64,000 bases of DNA from contig CATNEN010000003.1 in NCBI GenBank assembly GCA_950097015.1, positions 15,686,001-15,750,000 of the forward strand, in the 5' to 3' direction. Shown here piece after piece: positions 22,301 through 35,348 of the stretch. Under the pieces are notes generated by a model. That model saw only the letters and a program-made list of their open reading frames with translations, made no database searches and had not been told where the DNA came from. This DNA comes from Macrostomum hystrix (Eukaryota; Animalia; Platyhelminthes). Made by a program: the position numbers and the translations under genes. Numbering within the stretch: position 1 is the first letter of the stretch; the number at the start of each line of letters is the position of its first letter.

Positions 22301-25300
22301 TTGTGCCACATTTGTGACTGGGGTCCAGTTGTGCCACATTTGTGACTAGGGTCCAGTTGTGCCATATTTGTAACTGGGGTCCAGTTGTGCCATATTTGTA
22401 ACTAGGGTCCAGTTGTGCCATATTTGTGACTCGGGTCCAGTTGTGCCACATTTGTGACTGGGGTCCAGTTGTGCCATATTTGTGACTAGGGTCCAGTTGT
22501 GCCATATTTGTAACTGGGGTCCAGTTGTGCCATATTTGTGACTAGGGTCCAGTTGTGCCATATTTGTGACTAGGGTCCAGTTGTGCCACATTTGTGACTA
22601 GGGTCCAGTTGTGCCATATTTGTAACTGGGGTCCAGTTGTGCCACATTTGTAACTGGGGTCCAGTTGTGCCATATTTGTAACTGGGGTCCAGTTGTGCCA
22701 TATTTGTCACTCGGGTCCAGTTGTGCCACATTTGTGACTCGGGTCCAGTTGTGCCATATTTGCAACTAGGGTCCAGTTGTGCCATATTTGTGACTAGGGT
22801 CCAGTTGTGCCATATTTGTAACTGGGGTCCAGTTGTGCCATATTTGTAACTGGGGTCCAGTTGTGCCATATTTGTCACTCGGGTCCAGTTGTGCCACATT
22901 TGTGACTAGGGTCCAGTTGTGCCATATTTGCAACTAGGGTCCAGTTGTGCCATATTTGCAACTAGGGTCCAGTTGTGCCATATTTGCAACTAGGGTCCAG
23001 TTGTGCCATATTTGCAACTAGGGTCCAGTTGTGCCATATTTGCAACTAGGGTCCAGTTGTGCCACATTTGTGACTAGGGTCCAGTTGTGCCATATTTGTA
23101 ACTGGGGTCCAGTTGTGCCATATTTGTGACTAGGGTCCAGTTGTGCCATATTTGTAACTGGGGTCCAGTTGTGCCATATTTGTAACTGGGGTCCAGTTGT
23201 GCCATATTTGTAACTGGGGTCCAGTTGTGCCATATTTGTAACTGGGGTCCAGTTGTGCCATATTTGTAACTGGGGTCCAGTTGTGCCATATTTGTAACTG
23301 GGGTCCAGTTGTGCCATATTTGTGACTCGGGTCCAGTTGTGCCATATTTGTAACTGGGGTCCAGTTGTGCCATATTTGTAACTGGGGTCCAGTTGTGCCA
23401 TATTAGTTTAAACTCACCCTGAGATCTGGCGCACTCCAACAGATGCGGCAAAGATTCGCAAGCGGCCGAACGCACCTCGTCGTGAAAGTAGAACTTCAAC
23501 AATGGCACCATAAGCTGGGCCACCTGTTCGGTGTAAGGGGCGAAAGCTTCTCGCAGCTCCCTAGCATAGCAGACTAGCATCTGGCAGGCATTGGCTTTGT
23601 CCTCTAGGCCGCTAGTTTTAATAGCGAAATTCTGTTCGTCGGCTAATTTAATAAACTGCCATTCGGGATCTTGTTCGGCATTTTGCACCTCCTCGGAGTC
23701 CATAATGCACACCTCCGGCTTGATCTCTGCCGCTTTCATTACCGGACCCATTACTAGGGGTAGGTAGGGTTCGAACTCGCGACCCATGATTTTACACATG
23801 CGAGCCCAAGCCGAGATCATGTAGGTCATCTGCAATTGTTAAAGAAATGGTTTCGTCTTTGTTTACCTGTACTACTGTGAGTAAGATTAGGATGATGTTG
23901 TGAGTAGGTCAACAATGACTAGGACACCAATGATGTCATGAGCTAAAGAAACGACTAGGTCACCAATGATGTCATGAGCTAAAGAAATGACTAGGTCACC
24001 AATGATGTCATGAGCTAAAGAAATGACTAGGTCACCAATGATGTCATGAGCTAAAGAAACGACTAGGTCACCAATGATGTCATGAGCTAAAGAAATGACT
24101 AGGTCACCAATGATGTCATGAGCTAAAGAAACGACTAGGTCACCAATGATGTCATGAGCTAAAGAAATGACTAGGTCACCAATGATGTCATGAGCTAAAG
24201 AAACGACTAGGTCACCAATGATGTCATGAGCTAAAGAAATGACTAGGTCACCAATGATGTCATGAGCTAAAGAAATGACTAGGTCACCAATGATGTCATG
24301 AGCTGAAGAAAAAACTAGGTCAACAAAAAAGTTAACGATGCAATAATCCTAATGAAATGACTAGGTCAACAAAAAAGTTAACGATGCAATAATCCTAATG
24401 AAATGACTAGGTCATTCCAAATGAAATGACTAGGTCATTCCAAATGAAATGACTAGGTCATTCCTAATGAAATGTCTAGGTCATTCCAAATGAAATGACT
24501 AGGTCATTCCAAATGAAATGACTAGGTCATTCCAAATGAAATGACTAGGTCATTCCTAATGAAATGTCTAGGTCATTCCAAATGAAATGACTAGGTCATT
24601 CCAAATGAAATGACTAGGTCATTCCAAATGAAATGACTAGGTCATTCCAAATGAAATGACTAGGTCATTCCTAATGAAATGACTAGGTCATTCCTAATGA
24701 AATGACTAGGTCATTCCTAATGAAATGTCTAGGTCATTCCTAATGAAATGACTAGGTCATTCCTAATGAAATGTCTAGGTCATTCCAAATGAAATGACTA
24801 GGTCATTCCTAATGAAATGACTAGGTCATTCCTAATGAAATGTCTAGGTCATTCCAAATGAAATGACTAGGTCATTCCAAATTAAATGACTAGGTCATTC
24901 CTAATGAAATGTCTAGGTCATTCCTAATGAAATGACTAGGTCATTCCTAATGAAATGTCTAGGTCATTCCTAATGAAATGACTAGGTCATTCCTAATGAA
25001 ATGACTAGGTCATTCCTAATGAAATGACTAGGTCATTCCAAATGAAATGACTAGGTCATTCCTAATGAAATGTCTAGGTCATTCGTAATGAAATGTCTAG
25101 GTCATTCCTAATGAAATGACTAGGTCATTCCTAATGAAATGACTAGGTCATTCCAAATGAAATGACTAGGTCATTCCTAATGAAATGACTAGGTCATTCC
25201 TAATGAAATGTCTAGGTCATTCCTAATGAAATGACTAGGTCATTCCTAATGAAATGTCTAGGTCATTCCTAATGAAATGTCTAGGTCATTCCTAATGAAA

Positions 25301-28300
25301 TGACTAGGTCATTCCTAATGAAATGACTAGGTCATTCCAAATGAAATGACTAGGTCATTCCTAATGAAATGTCTAGGTCATTCCTAATGAAATGACTAGG
25401 TCATTCCTAATGAAATGACTAGGTCATTCCAAATGAAATGACTAGGTCATTCCTAATGAAATGACTAGGTCATTCCTAATGAAATGACTAGGTCATTCCT
25501 AATGAAATGTCTAGGTCATTCCTAATGAAATGTCTAGGTCATTCCTAATGAAATGACTAGGTCATTCCTAATGAAATGTCTAGGTCATTCCTAATGAAAT
25601 GACTAGGTCATTCCTAATGAAATGACTAGGTCATTCCTAATGAAATGTCTAGGTCATTCCTAATGAAATGTCTAGGTCATTCCTAATGAAATGTCTAGGT
25701 CATTCCTAATGAAATGACTAGGTCATTCCTAATGAAATGACTAGGTCATTCCTAATGAAATGACTAGGTCATTCCTAATGAAATGACTAGGTCAGACGAT
25801 AAGCCCTCACCTGAGGGTCGTCCTCAGCCAGCGGATGATCCGTCTGGGTTCGCAGCAGCATCTGCATGACAGCCGATGCATCAGATAAGAATTTCTCTTT
25901 GCCAACAGCCAGACCAATCAGCGAGATGCATTCGATGGTTTTGCCGCGAAGCAGGCTTAACTCCTTCTGGACTGCGTTTTCCATGATGTACTTTAGGCAG
26001 GGCATGAATTTGTCGTAATATTGAATGAATTTTTCTTCGGCCGTATCGGCAACGGAAGCCAGGGTGGTGACAACTTGTTCAATAACCATCTTGTTGCCTT
26101 TCTGCACCAGCTCTTGAAATTTGGTGCTCAAAATCTGTTCTAGCTTGCCAATTAGGCTGTCCAGGTAGATTGTTAGGATGGATTTTGGACAGCTCTCGCT
26201 AAAGTTGACCATTGCTGCACAGGCGTGAACCTGCGATGCCATTGAGAGACAGATATTTTTTTATTAGCATGCAAGTTAAACTGCCATTCTATCATAAACT
26301 GGCAAGCCTAAATTGCTATTTTTATAAACTGAAAGCCTAAACTGCCATTCTTTTATAAACTGATAAACCTAAACTGCCATTCTTTTATAAACTGACAAAC
26401 CTAAACTGCCATTCTATCATAAACTGTCAAGCCTAAACTGCCATTCTTTTATAAACTGATAAACCTAAACTGCCATTCTTTTATAAACTGACAAACCTAA
26501 ACTGCCATTCTATCATAAACTGTCAAGCCTAAACTGCCATTCTTTTATAAACTGACAAGCTCTAACTGCCATTCTTTTATAAACTGATAAACCTAAACTA
26601 TCATTCTTTTATAAACTGATAAACCTAAACTATCATTCTTTTATAAACTGATAAACCTAAACTATCATTCTTATATAAACTGATAAACCTAAACTATCAT
26701 TCTTTTATAAACTGACAAGCTCTAACTGCCATTCTTTTATAAACTGACAAGCTCTAACTGCCATTCTTTTATAAACTGACAAGCCTAAACTGCCATTCGT
26801 TTATAAAGCGGCACGTTTAAACTGCTATTCTTTGATAGCCTAAACTCCTGTCTAAAGTCCACTCTAGGGCACAAAAGCCACCAAGGTTGTCAAGAAACTC
26901 AAAGACAAAAGTAAAATTACCTGCACTCTAGGATTAGCGTAATCGTCGAATAGGCGCAACAGATTGGGCACAATCTGGGCGTGAAATTTCTTAGGCATCA
27001 TCTTGCCAAAGTCGGTGCACATCTGACCGACGGCGTTGCAACAGGCGTAGCGAACGCGCGGGTGTGGATCTTGAAAGAATGGCAACACAGCGGCTAGGAC
27101 ATTCTCTAGCATGCCCTCCATCTGGGCGTGGCAGCCTTCGCCGCAGGCGGACACAGCCATCAGGGCGGCGTGACGATGCTGCCAAGCGGGACTTCGCAGC
27201 ATGTGCGGCACCAGTTCCAGAATGTGAGGCAGCATAGCCTTGCCGCCAAGGCCGCAGCAGAGCCGGTCCAAAGCAGTCTCGCCGTTGATAGCGTTTGATT
27301 CTTCTTCTTCTTCGTCGTCTTTGTTCTCCTGTAGATATTCCAAGAAGTTTATTTTCCAGATGCTTCTAGAGGTTTGTGTACACGTGTACAGTCCATGGAC
27401 TTTTGCCACAACCACTTATAATGGCTATTCCGGATTTTGATAATGCTGGTAACCATGTTACAGACGTTTGAGGTGAAGCACAAAGGAAAATTTTATTTTT
27501 GGTTCGACGACACAAATAGTTTTTCTAAGCTGCGATTCGAACTTTCGACCTCTTTGGTCGAAAGTCCGAAGCATCATTTAACCAGTGAACTAGAAACTCG
27601 ATACAAAAACTCGATTATGTTCTTAATGAATTCTTAATATTTCATTTCAAAATATTCAATTTTATAAACATAAAAAATTCTCTAAAATCCTCATTTCCCT
27701 GAACATTGAATTCTCTAAAATCCCTATTTCCCTGAACATTGCATTCTCTAAAATCCTCATTTCCCTGAACATTGCATTCTCTAAAATCCTCATTTCCCCG
27801 AACATCGAGTTCTCTAAAAATCCCCATTTTCCCGAACATTAAATTCTAAAAAAAGACTCAATTTCTTCTAAACAACACATTCGCCCAAAATTTCTCTTTT
27901 TCCTGAACATCATATTCTTTATAAGACAGATTTTGTGAACATTATAGTTATTACAAATGAAGACTCAAAGACTAACCTGCAGAGCCCACTCGGGATCGTC
28001 CTCCAAGTCGGTCATGAGCATGAGCACCTGCTGAACTAGGGCGCCAACCTGTCTAGCGCCGGCTTTTCTAACAGAAGCGGCCGCATTTTCTGCCAGCGTG
28101 ACAACCAGTTCCAGAGCTAGATGACGCCGAGAATCGGGCAGTTGTTGATTGCCAACAGTCTGGACGCACAATTCGATTAGTTGAGTTAGCTGCGGTCTCA
28201 ACCATTTGTGCAACGTTTCGGCTAGATCAACGAAGCCCTTCAAAACGGCATCCTCGTCGCCGGAGGCATCGTCAGACGAGTCCGGCGACATGATGGACTC

Positions 28301-31300
28301 AGCTAAGCCGCGCAGCATCGGCGGCAACAGGTCGCGCATTTGAGCCAGAGTAGCTTCCTCCTCTTCGTTGGCAACTAGAAAAGCGCAGGCGGCGCGAACG
28401 CCAGAAGAGCGGACTGAGGCGCTGTTAGGATCGGAGACTGCCTTGGCCAATAGCTGGTGAACTAGGGGCAGACTGCCCGGATGGGAGAATGCGCTGGGTA
28501 CCTGGTTTGTGCGAAGTTACATTGTCATTAGATTGTCTTTGTCACAAGCTGTGTACAACCGTTAAGTCCATGGTCTCCTGGGCACTCACTTTCTCATTGC
28601 CAGGCGGTGTACAGAGCGTAAATTTCACGACAACACAAGACCCCAAATAAATGAATGTGGCCTCGCCACAGAATCAAGCTCAGGGACCTTGGTGCGAGAG
28701 ACATTTAGAGGATTGATATAGTTATTAAGACAATGACTAAACTATCGAAGGTTGGGGGGTCGATTCCCGAATACACCATAACCATTTTTGTCCTTCAGCA
28801 AGATATTTAACTCTGCATTGTTTTAGCTCACCCAGCATTTAAATGGGTACCATTGGGTACAGCCCAAGTTTACCTCAATTCGGTACAATAAGAATTAGCA
28901 AACCTGAGCCAACAGGTGCAATCCAATCTGTTGCGTAGCCGGCTGACCGCTGTGAACGCACTGGGCGGCCAGTTGTACAAATTCTGGCCAACCGCAGGCG
29001 CCAGAGCCGCCGTCGCTGCTACCCTCGACGCCGCTGATTACGTCGCCAATATTGCGAGCCATCTCCGCGGCAGCATCGGCAGCTTTACGCCTAACAGACG
29101 GATCCGGCTCATTGGTGACGCATAGAAGTAGCTGCTGACGAACGCTGGCTTGATCAGCGGCTGCCAGTTGTTCATAGGCTTCGTCCAGATGCTTAACCAA
29201 TAGGCGGCGTAATAATACAGCGGAGAATGAGCGCAATTCCACTGTCTGGCCAGTTGACATGCTTTGTAGTAGCAGGCCAAGCCTATTCTGGGCCGGTATC
29301 TGGTCATACTGAGTCTGAGAAATTTAGCATTTTTTAAGCAAGGTTAGATAGATACTTGGTGCTATGTAAATAACAAGCACTAGATAAGAAACTTTGCCAT
29401 AAATCAGAATTGACATAGCTTCTAATATAAATATGTTGCCATTTTTATATGATAGCACAAGAGAAATATTCAACATAAGTATGGTATATAACTAGCATAC
29501 ATAATTACATTCATGTCTTGTGTGATAAGAATGATAATATATTTTTTAATTGTATAACTTTCTTTCTTAAAATCCAATAAAAAAAGCTTCACATTTGTTT
29601 TTTGTTCCTAAACATTTATACATTTACCTAACTTTTTATTATGTATATATATATAAACAGTTGTAAATTTGTCTGGAAGAGCAATTAATGCTATAGTTTA
29701 GCAGGCATTAGTACAATACCATTTTGCTGAGTACAAATTATGTTATATATTGCACTTCCTAGGTAACTCACTCTTTGTATTTGTGATTTAGCAAGCGGTC
29801 TCTCTCTATTTATAATGCATGGCAGGGTGTCACTGTACTTAAACAAAATATATACAAATTTATTTTAATTAGTTAATGAACTAAAGAATGAGCTGATCTT
29901 CTATCCACACACTGGCATGACAGGAATTTCTTTTTATTTTAGTAAAGGCCAAGTTGACCAACTTGTTTGCTCAAGAATTTCACTTGCCTAAAAATAAATT
30001 AACTAGTCTATTGGCAGACAAGATAGTAGCAGAAGAAGAAATAAACCCAATTAAATACCCTAAATAGTGAGCTATAACTATAAGAAAGAAAACATGCAAT
30101 GACCTTGCTTTACCCTTAAAGCCAGTCATGGTGACAGTCTAGGTTATGTACCACTATAACAGGCAGCTAAAAAGTATTTCAAAGGTGAATAATATAGAAA
30201 AATAGCAAGACACTAGAGAAATAGCAAGTCAATCTAGATTCTAGCAAATTAGCCTAGTCTAAACAGTTAAATAATTAGGTGTACAAAGAGTAGTTCTCGG
30301 CGTACAAAAAATTAGTTTGGCATACATATACACCATGCTATGACCTAAACTATGGTATAAAGAGCTACAAGTTTGTTTAACTATTCAACTATTTAACTAT
30401 AGGACTATAGTATATTTAACTTAATTGCTATGACGGTTGACGGTCATTTCGTCTGCCGCCTTTTCGTCTGCCAATATACAATATAGTTGTTTTGTCTGCC
30501 AATATATATTATATATAAATCGGAATAACTAATTATGTCATCAAGCTTCGCATGGAAGTGTAATGTAAATGTCTTATTAATTATAATTTATTATAATGCT
30601 AGGATTTTTCTGAAAGTTCCGGAGCTAATATGTTGCTTATAAATACACAAAGCCAGAAGCAAATATCTCCAACCGTTTAGCTTCCTTCCAACTTTCTTTT
30701 TTTCGTGTATGTAAACTCATATGCAATTTATTCACGAATACAAGTAGCTTAAATGCACAAAGTGTAAAATGTAAGGAGCAATCGCAATTGTAGGCACAGA
30801 AAATGTAAACTCATATGCAATTTATTCACGAATACAAGTAGCTTCAGTATTATATAAAGTATTATATAGGTTAGTTAGGTTTCGTAGAAAATGAAGAAAA
30901 ACAAAATGTATCAATATAAATAAAAAACATACTTAAAACTTGCTTATACCAATTTATTTTAATTCCCTACATAAAAAATACTAAATAAGTGAACCAAAAT
31001 AAACATAAATAAAAAAGTTGTTTCGTCTGCTAAAATTCTTTGGCAGACGAAAAGGCGGCAGACAAAATGACCGCAGACCGCTATGACTATGACTTAAATT
31101 AAAAGAAACATTCAATTTTGCTAGGCAGACCAATAGCTAGGGCAATATAGTAAAGGATATAGATATATAATAGTCAAATTTATTAAAATAAAAATATTTT
31201 ATCTGTTATAAGTAGGCCCTATAATAAATAATATCAATAAGTGCTTGGGTCGGCTGGCTGGGGGTAATTAAAATCTTCAACTAAGGCTAATCACAGAAAG

Positions 31301-31503
31301 ACATAAGTAATTGATTCTTTCTTAAATATCAAAACTTATGCTAGACAAATAGAAATAATAATTATATGAAGCACTTGAAAAAGCATTACCTCAGCATTTG
31401 TCCTCTCCTCATTGTTCATACTTTGTAATCCATTTAACAAAGCACAGAAATCACTTTGATGACTGTTCAGTGAGTTTGAAGCAAAGTCGCCGTGCTCAAC
31501 CAT
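19333..31503 (-). CDS. IPO5: Importin-5 (karyopherin beta-3/RanBP5). 9 exons: 31503-31390, 29314-28904, 28501-27977, 27328-26921, 26230-25811, 23829-23418, 21590-21094, 20173-19812, 19558-19333
   Basis: HEAT-repeat karyopherin motifs [81 protein letters not shown]. All introns are GT-AG with consistent phase. Confidence 0.96.
20250..20810. repeat. About 21-bp minisatellite (ATGGGTCATGTTTTTTATTGC), IPO5 intron 7
   Basis: Tandem periodicity that decays rightward. Confidence 0.93.
21920..23404. repeat. 28-bp minisatellite (GGGTCCAGTTGTGCCATATTTGTGACTA), IPO5 intron 6
   Basis: About 53 copies, beginning about 14 nt from the donor at 23417. Confidence 0.97.
23915..24310. repeat. 36-bp minisatellite (GACTAGGTCACCAATGATGTCATGAGCTAAAGAAAT), IPO5 intron 5
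   Basis: About 11 copies. Confidence 0.96.
24394..25794. repeat. 23-bp minisatellite (GACTAGGTCATTCCTAATGAAAT), IPO5 intron 5
   Basis: About 60 copies, beginning about 16 nt from the donor at 25810. Confidence 0.97.
26277..26835. repeat. About 32-bp minisatellite (AAACTGCCATTCTTTTATAAACTGATAAACCT), IPO5 intron 4
   Basis: Tandem periodicity. Confidence 0.93.
27676..27848. repeat. 33-bp minisatellite, IPO5 intron 3
   Basis: About 5 copies of TTCTCTAAAATCCTCATTTCCCTGAACATTG.. Confidence 0.9.
28570..28702 (-). mobile_element. Deleted/degenerate SINE family A copy
   Basis: TTTCTCATTGCCAGGCGGTGTAC...GAATGTGGCCTCGCC...CAGGGACCTTGGTGCGAGAG matches 11960-12121. Confidence 0.75.
28730..28852 (+). 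mobile_element. SINE family B fragment
   Basis: GGTCGATTCCC...TGTCCTTCAGCAAGATATTTAACTCTGCATTG...CACCCAGC..TAAATGGGTACC. Confidence 0.75.
30435..31079. mobile_element. Non-autonomous DNA transposon (MITE), about 40-bp TIRs, 8-bp TSD, in IPO5 intron 1
   Basis: Left end GGTTGACGGTCATTTCGTCTGCCGCCTTTTCGTCTGCCAA matches the reverse complement of the right end GGTCTGCGGTCATTTTGTCTGCCGCCTTTTCGTCTGCCAA. GCTATGAC occurs at 30427-30434 and 31080-31087. Confidence 0.9.
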
Positions 31504-33483
31504 TCTATATATTTTCCAGTAAAGATATGATGGTAGCAATGATATACTTAGACGCACCTAACTAGGGTCTAGCGCTAGCTATTTACTTGATTACGTGATA
31601 ACAACATGCACAAAATTTGGGTAAATTTGTAACGTGAAATTTCGAAAAGCGAGCAGAGCACTTTACTAATTTTTATATTTTTACTTTTATTTTAAAAGAA
31701 TGAGAGCGAAACAATGTATACCTTTTAACAAGAACAAAACTTCTTGGTATTTAATCAATAATCATACAGTTAAATCTCTTCCTGTTTGTTTGGATTTGTT
31801 AATCCTCACTGTTTTATGTAAATTATTACAAAACTGCCAATGCCGTAAATTTTGATCAGTTAAGACTTTATTAGAGTTCATATTTTATATAGCCTAGTTT
31901 AAGTGGCCCGTAGGAAAACAACAAATGGCCTGGCATGGGTTCAGTTTGGCTTGAACTTGTACTTATCATATCATGCATATCAATGTATACCATTAGTAAA
32001 CAATTAAAATGGACCTTACGCTTTTTGTTAATGTTGTGGTTCGATCCATTATAACTTTAGTTTCGTTTTTGTCTTTAATAGGCTAGCAGTTTAATGTATA
32101 TTATTTAATCAATAAAGTATTTACGCTTTTGAAGTACTTTTTTAGCAGTACTGATGTATCGTTTACATTATAGCACAAACAGCTCAAATATATGATTTTG
32201 GCTCATTACTTCTGCCATGATTTCTCATCGTCAGCCCTTCCACGGATTCGAACTCGGGACGTAAGTGCAAGCAGATCGCATCCGTCAGACGCGCTACCCG
32301 GCCGCTCTGCAACTCGATCTGATCACCCCTATAAAAATTTACAAGCATTCACTAGCTCCGTACTGTACTAGAATAGTCGCACAATCTAATTCACATGTCA
32401 CAACTAAGGAAACGTTTTTTACAGGGTGAGCTTTCTTATAAGTTTATAGTAGCGTAAATATGTTAATTGTAGAGCACAGAATTGTCCAGTATTGATATAT
32501 ATGAATTTTAATGAAGTGAGCTCGTCCTACACTGCAGCTGCCTCGCAGAAAACGGTTATAACTGGTTATATCTGAAGTTTAGGGGAGTGCAAATAATTAA
32601 ATTATTAATCGATTTTTCGTTTCTTCAATTATTCGTACTTTATAAACGATCGATCGTTTAATAACCTGTCACGCCATGCTGTGTGGAGTCCATAGGGGTT
32701 GAATATTAAAAAAAGACAACCCTATCTCGGAGAGGCCCCCGTTTTTCGTCTCTCGGTCCCCGCCCCATCCCATTTCAGTAGAGCTAGCTGCCCCCGTTCG
32801 CGCATCACGGCACTGCCCTTCCCATGATTGCAGCAGCTCGACCCGACCACTGGCAGCTGTGCCAAAAACACTCCTCAGCCCCCTCCTCTCTCGTCCAAAA
32901 AATCCCCCGTCAGTTCCCATCCATCCTCCATCCCGTTCCCCTATATCCTGAGCTCATCTAACTCTACCCAAACATCGGCGCGGAGAACGCAGCTGTACAC
33001 TTCGCTATAAGGCACACAGGGGGTCGTCCATCCAACCCCCTCCAATGCCCCCGCGGTATAGACAGAAGGCCGGCGTTTAGGATAGAGAGACAGAGATAGA
33101 ACGAGGTTGAGGCTGAGCTGCGCGGAGGGTGGCCCGACCATGCCGTCTCAAATCGATTCCTATCCCCATCGCCCACTGCTATTGCATTGAGCTTATAGAC
33201 ATCTCGCTGTGCTTTAGTTTTCATTCGCTCCACCCTCCTCCCCGTCTCTGTCCCATCATCCTCTTGGCTGTCTCCAAACGCATTCCCCATCTCTTCCCCG
33301 CACCTTCTTCGGCTTCAGCAGTGTTGGTTAGTTACCGGATAGAAGCGCGCTGCGGGGATAATTATTGTGAAGTATTTTTCAACTCTACCTAAGTCATATT
33401 TTTCTATGCACAAACCCCTACATAACTTACGCAATATCGATTATCCAAGCTTCAACGCCTGAAGATCTTTTGCTGCAGCGACA
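31504..33483. promoter_or_regulatory. Divergent intergenic / 5'UTR region between IPO5 and KIF1A
   Basis: Head-to-head ATGs about 1.98 kb apart, with a GC/C-rich stretch at 32670-33360. Transcription starts cannot be determined. Confidence 0.5.
32232..32315 (-). mobile_element. tRNA-like Pol III head (SINE relic)
   Basis: Minus strand GTTGCAGAGCGG...GAGTTCGAATCC; no clean cloverleaf. Confidence 0.45.
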
Positions 33484-35201
33484 ATGTCCTCCGTTAAAGT
33501 GGCTGTTCGGGTCCGACCATTCAACAGCCGGGAGCAGCAGAATGAAGCCAAATGCATCATTGAGATGCGCGGCAATAGCACATGTGAGTTCTTGGCTGAT
33601 TTAGCATAAAAATATACGTCGGTAGATTCTTAGAAACATTCTATTTTTGGTATGGTAGAGTAGCAAAGTTAACCCCCCATTGCCTTCGCGGTGCGCAGAA
33701 GAGTTGCTACATTGATTATATTCCGTCATTTAGAAAATTAACTCCCAACCCATGACTTGAATCATTCCTTAGAGCTGGAAATAGTCAGACCTGGTTACCG
33801 AATAGAAAAAAACTAATTGCTTATTTTTCGCAGTACAAAATATTTAAATACGAAATAGCTTGGTAAAGGAAAAAACTAATAGTCTACGTGCGATCGAAAA
33901 AAACATGATACCCACGTCAGATTGTCTTAATCCAACAAGATTAAAAGGCTTGGACAAGATCAAAAGACTGTCCCATGGGAAAAGACTGGCTTACCATTTT
34001 GTCGAGAGGCAGCTCTCTGTACTTAAAGGGAGGCCCGATGATACTCTATATATGTAGACACAGCTAAAAGAAGGCTCACCTGATCGTCACAGTAAGTATA
34101 GCTAATTGAGAAGGGAAAATATAAAAAAGAAAGACTTGAGAATCCTTCTAAGTGCGTTCAAATGGAAAATAGAAAGTGGCAGCACTCAACAAGAATGGAT
34201 CGGCTTTATTTATAGCTGGAAGCCAGTGTAGTTTACAATGTAACTTGAGCGAAACTAAACACAAGCACGTGACTGATTTAATAGACAGACAAAAGCTAGA
34301 AAGCAGACCTAGCCCAGTTGTTCGTACCCTCGGCCCTTGGTTCCCTTCCTGTCCGCGTCCGAAGTCCGCTAACCGAAGCTCTAACCACTAAAGACAACCT
34401 CCCTGATCGGTGAAGTACAGGTAGACTCACAAAACCAACCAGGGTTTGTAAGATTCAAATTATTCGATCGGGGTTGTAGCATTCTATAGTATAGTACATA
34501 GTACTTCTTATAGTACATCTATTTCCGTTTACTTCACACAGCTACCCAAGTGTTTGTTGCCAAATGGTTAGAGCGTCGGACTCACGGCTTAAAGGTCGGG
34601 GGTTCGATTCCTGACTGCACGCAATTTGTGTCCTTTAGCAAGACGCTTAGCTCTGCATTGTATCAGTTCACCCAGCTGTTAAATGGCTCCCTCGACTAAA
34701 AGAGGGAGATATTTTCGAGACGAATTGAGTAATTCCTGCTTCCGCAGTGCTTTGTGAAGCAAAGTTTCTTTGATATAGCTGCATAAATGTAAGTAAATTT
34801 CTGTCCGGCAAACGCAATACATTGCAGGAAGTCTACTAGAAAAGTGAGCTAAGAAATACAAGCAAAGGCACTTAACTTAATTAGTTCAGGCATGTGCTCA
34901 TGAGTGTGCTCATATTTTAATCGTACTATAATCACATAATTTATCTCGTTCTGGACAAGAAAGTATTTATCCAAAGCGGATATATTGCGTGTTGAAACTA
35001 ATTTTCAAGACTATGAAATTATCCAAAAACCTCAGGTGCGTGTACCAGGTCATTTTTTCATCCTGAACTACTCATTCAGTTGCTCTCATGGCTATATAGA
35101 CAATTGTGGAGTAAAATAAACACAATGAACTTACAGATTTAGATTGACTAAAAACATGCATGCGAAATTGGCTAAGGATTTAATACAACAAACTAGAAGA
35201 A

Positions 35202-35240
<39 letters not shown>

Positions 35241-35289
35241 GGCAGACAGACAGACAGACAAACAAACAGACAGACAGACAGACAGACAC

Positions 35290-35348
<59 letters not shown>

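Noticed and set aside
21879-23401. [15 protein letters not shown] repeat ORFs and an apparent repetitive extension of IPO5 exon 6
   Set aside because: Read-through into a 28-bp intronic array past a canonical donor at 23417.
34558-34620. tRNA gene candidates (also near 12090-12147, 32240 and 62590)
   Set aside because: A/B boxes are present but there is no complete cloverleaf; most run into repeated SINE bodies.
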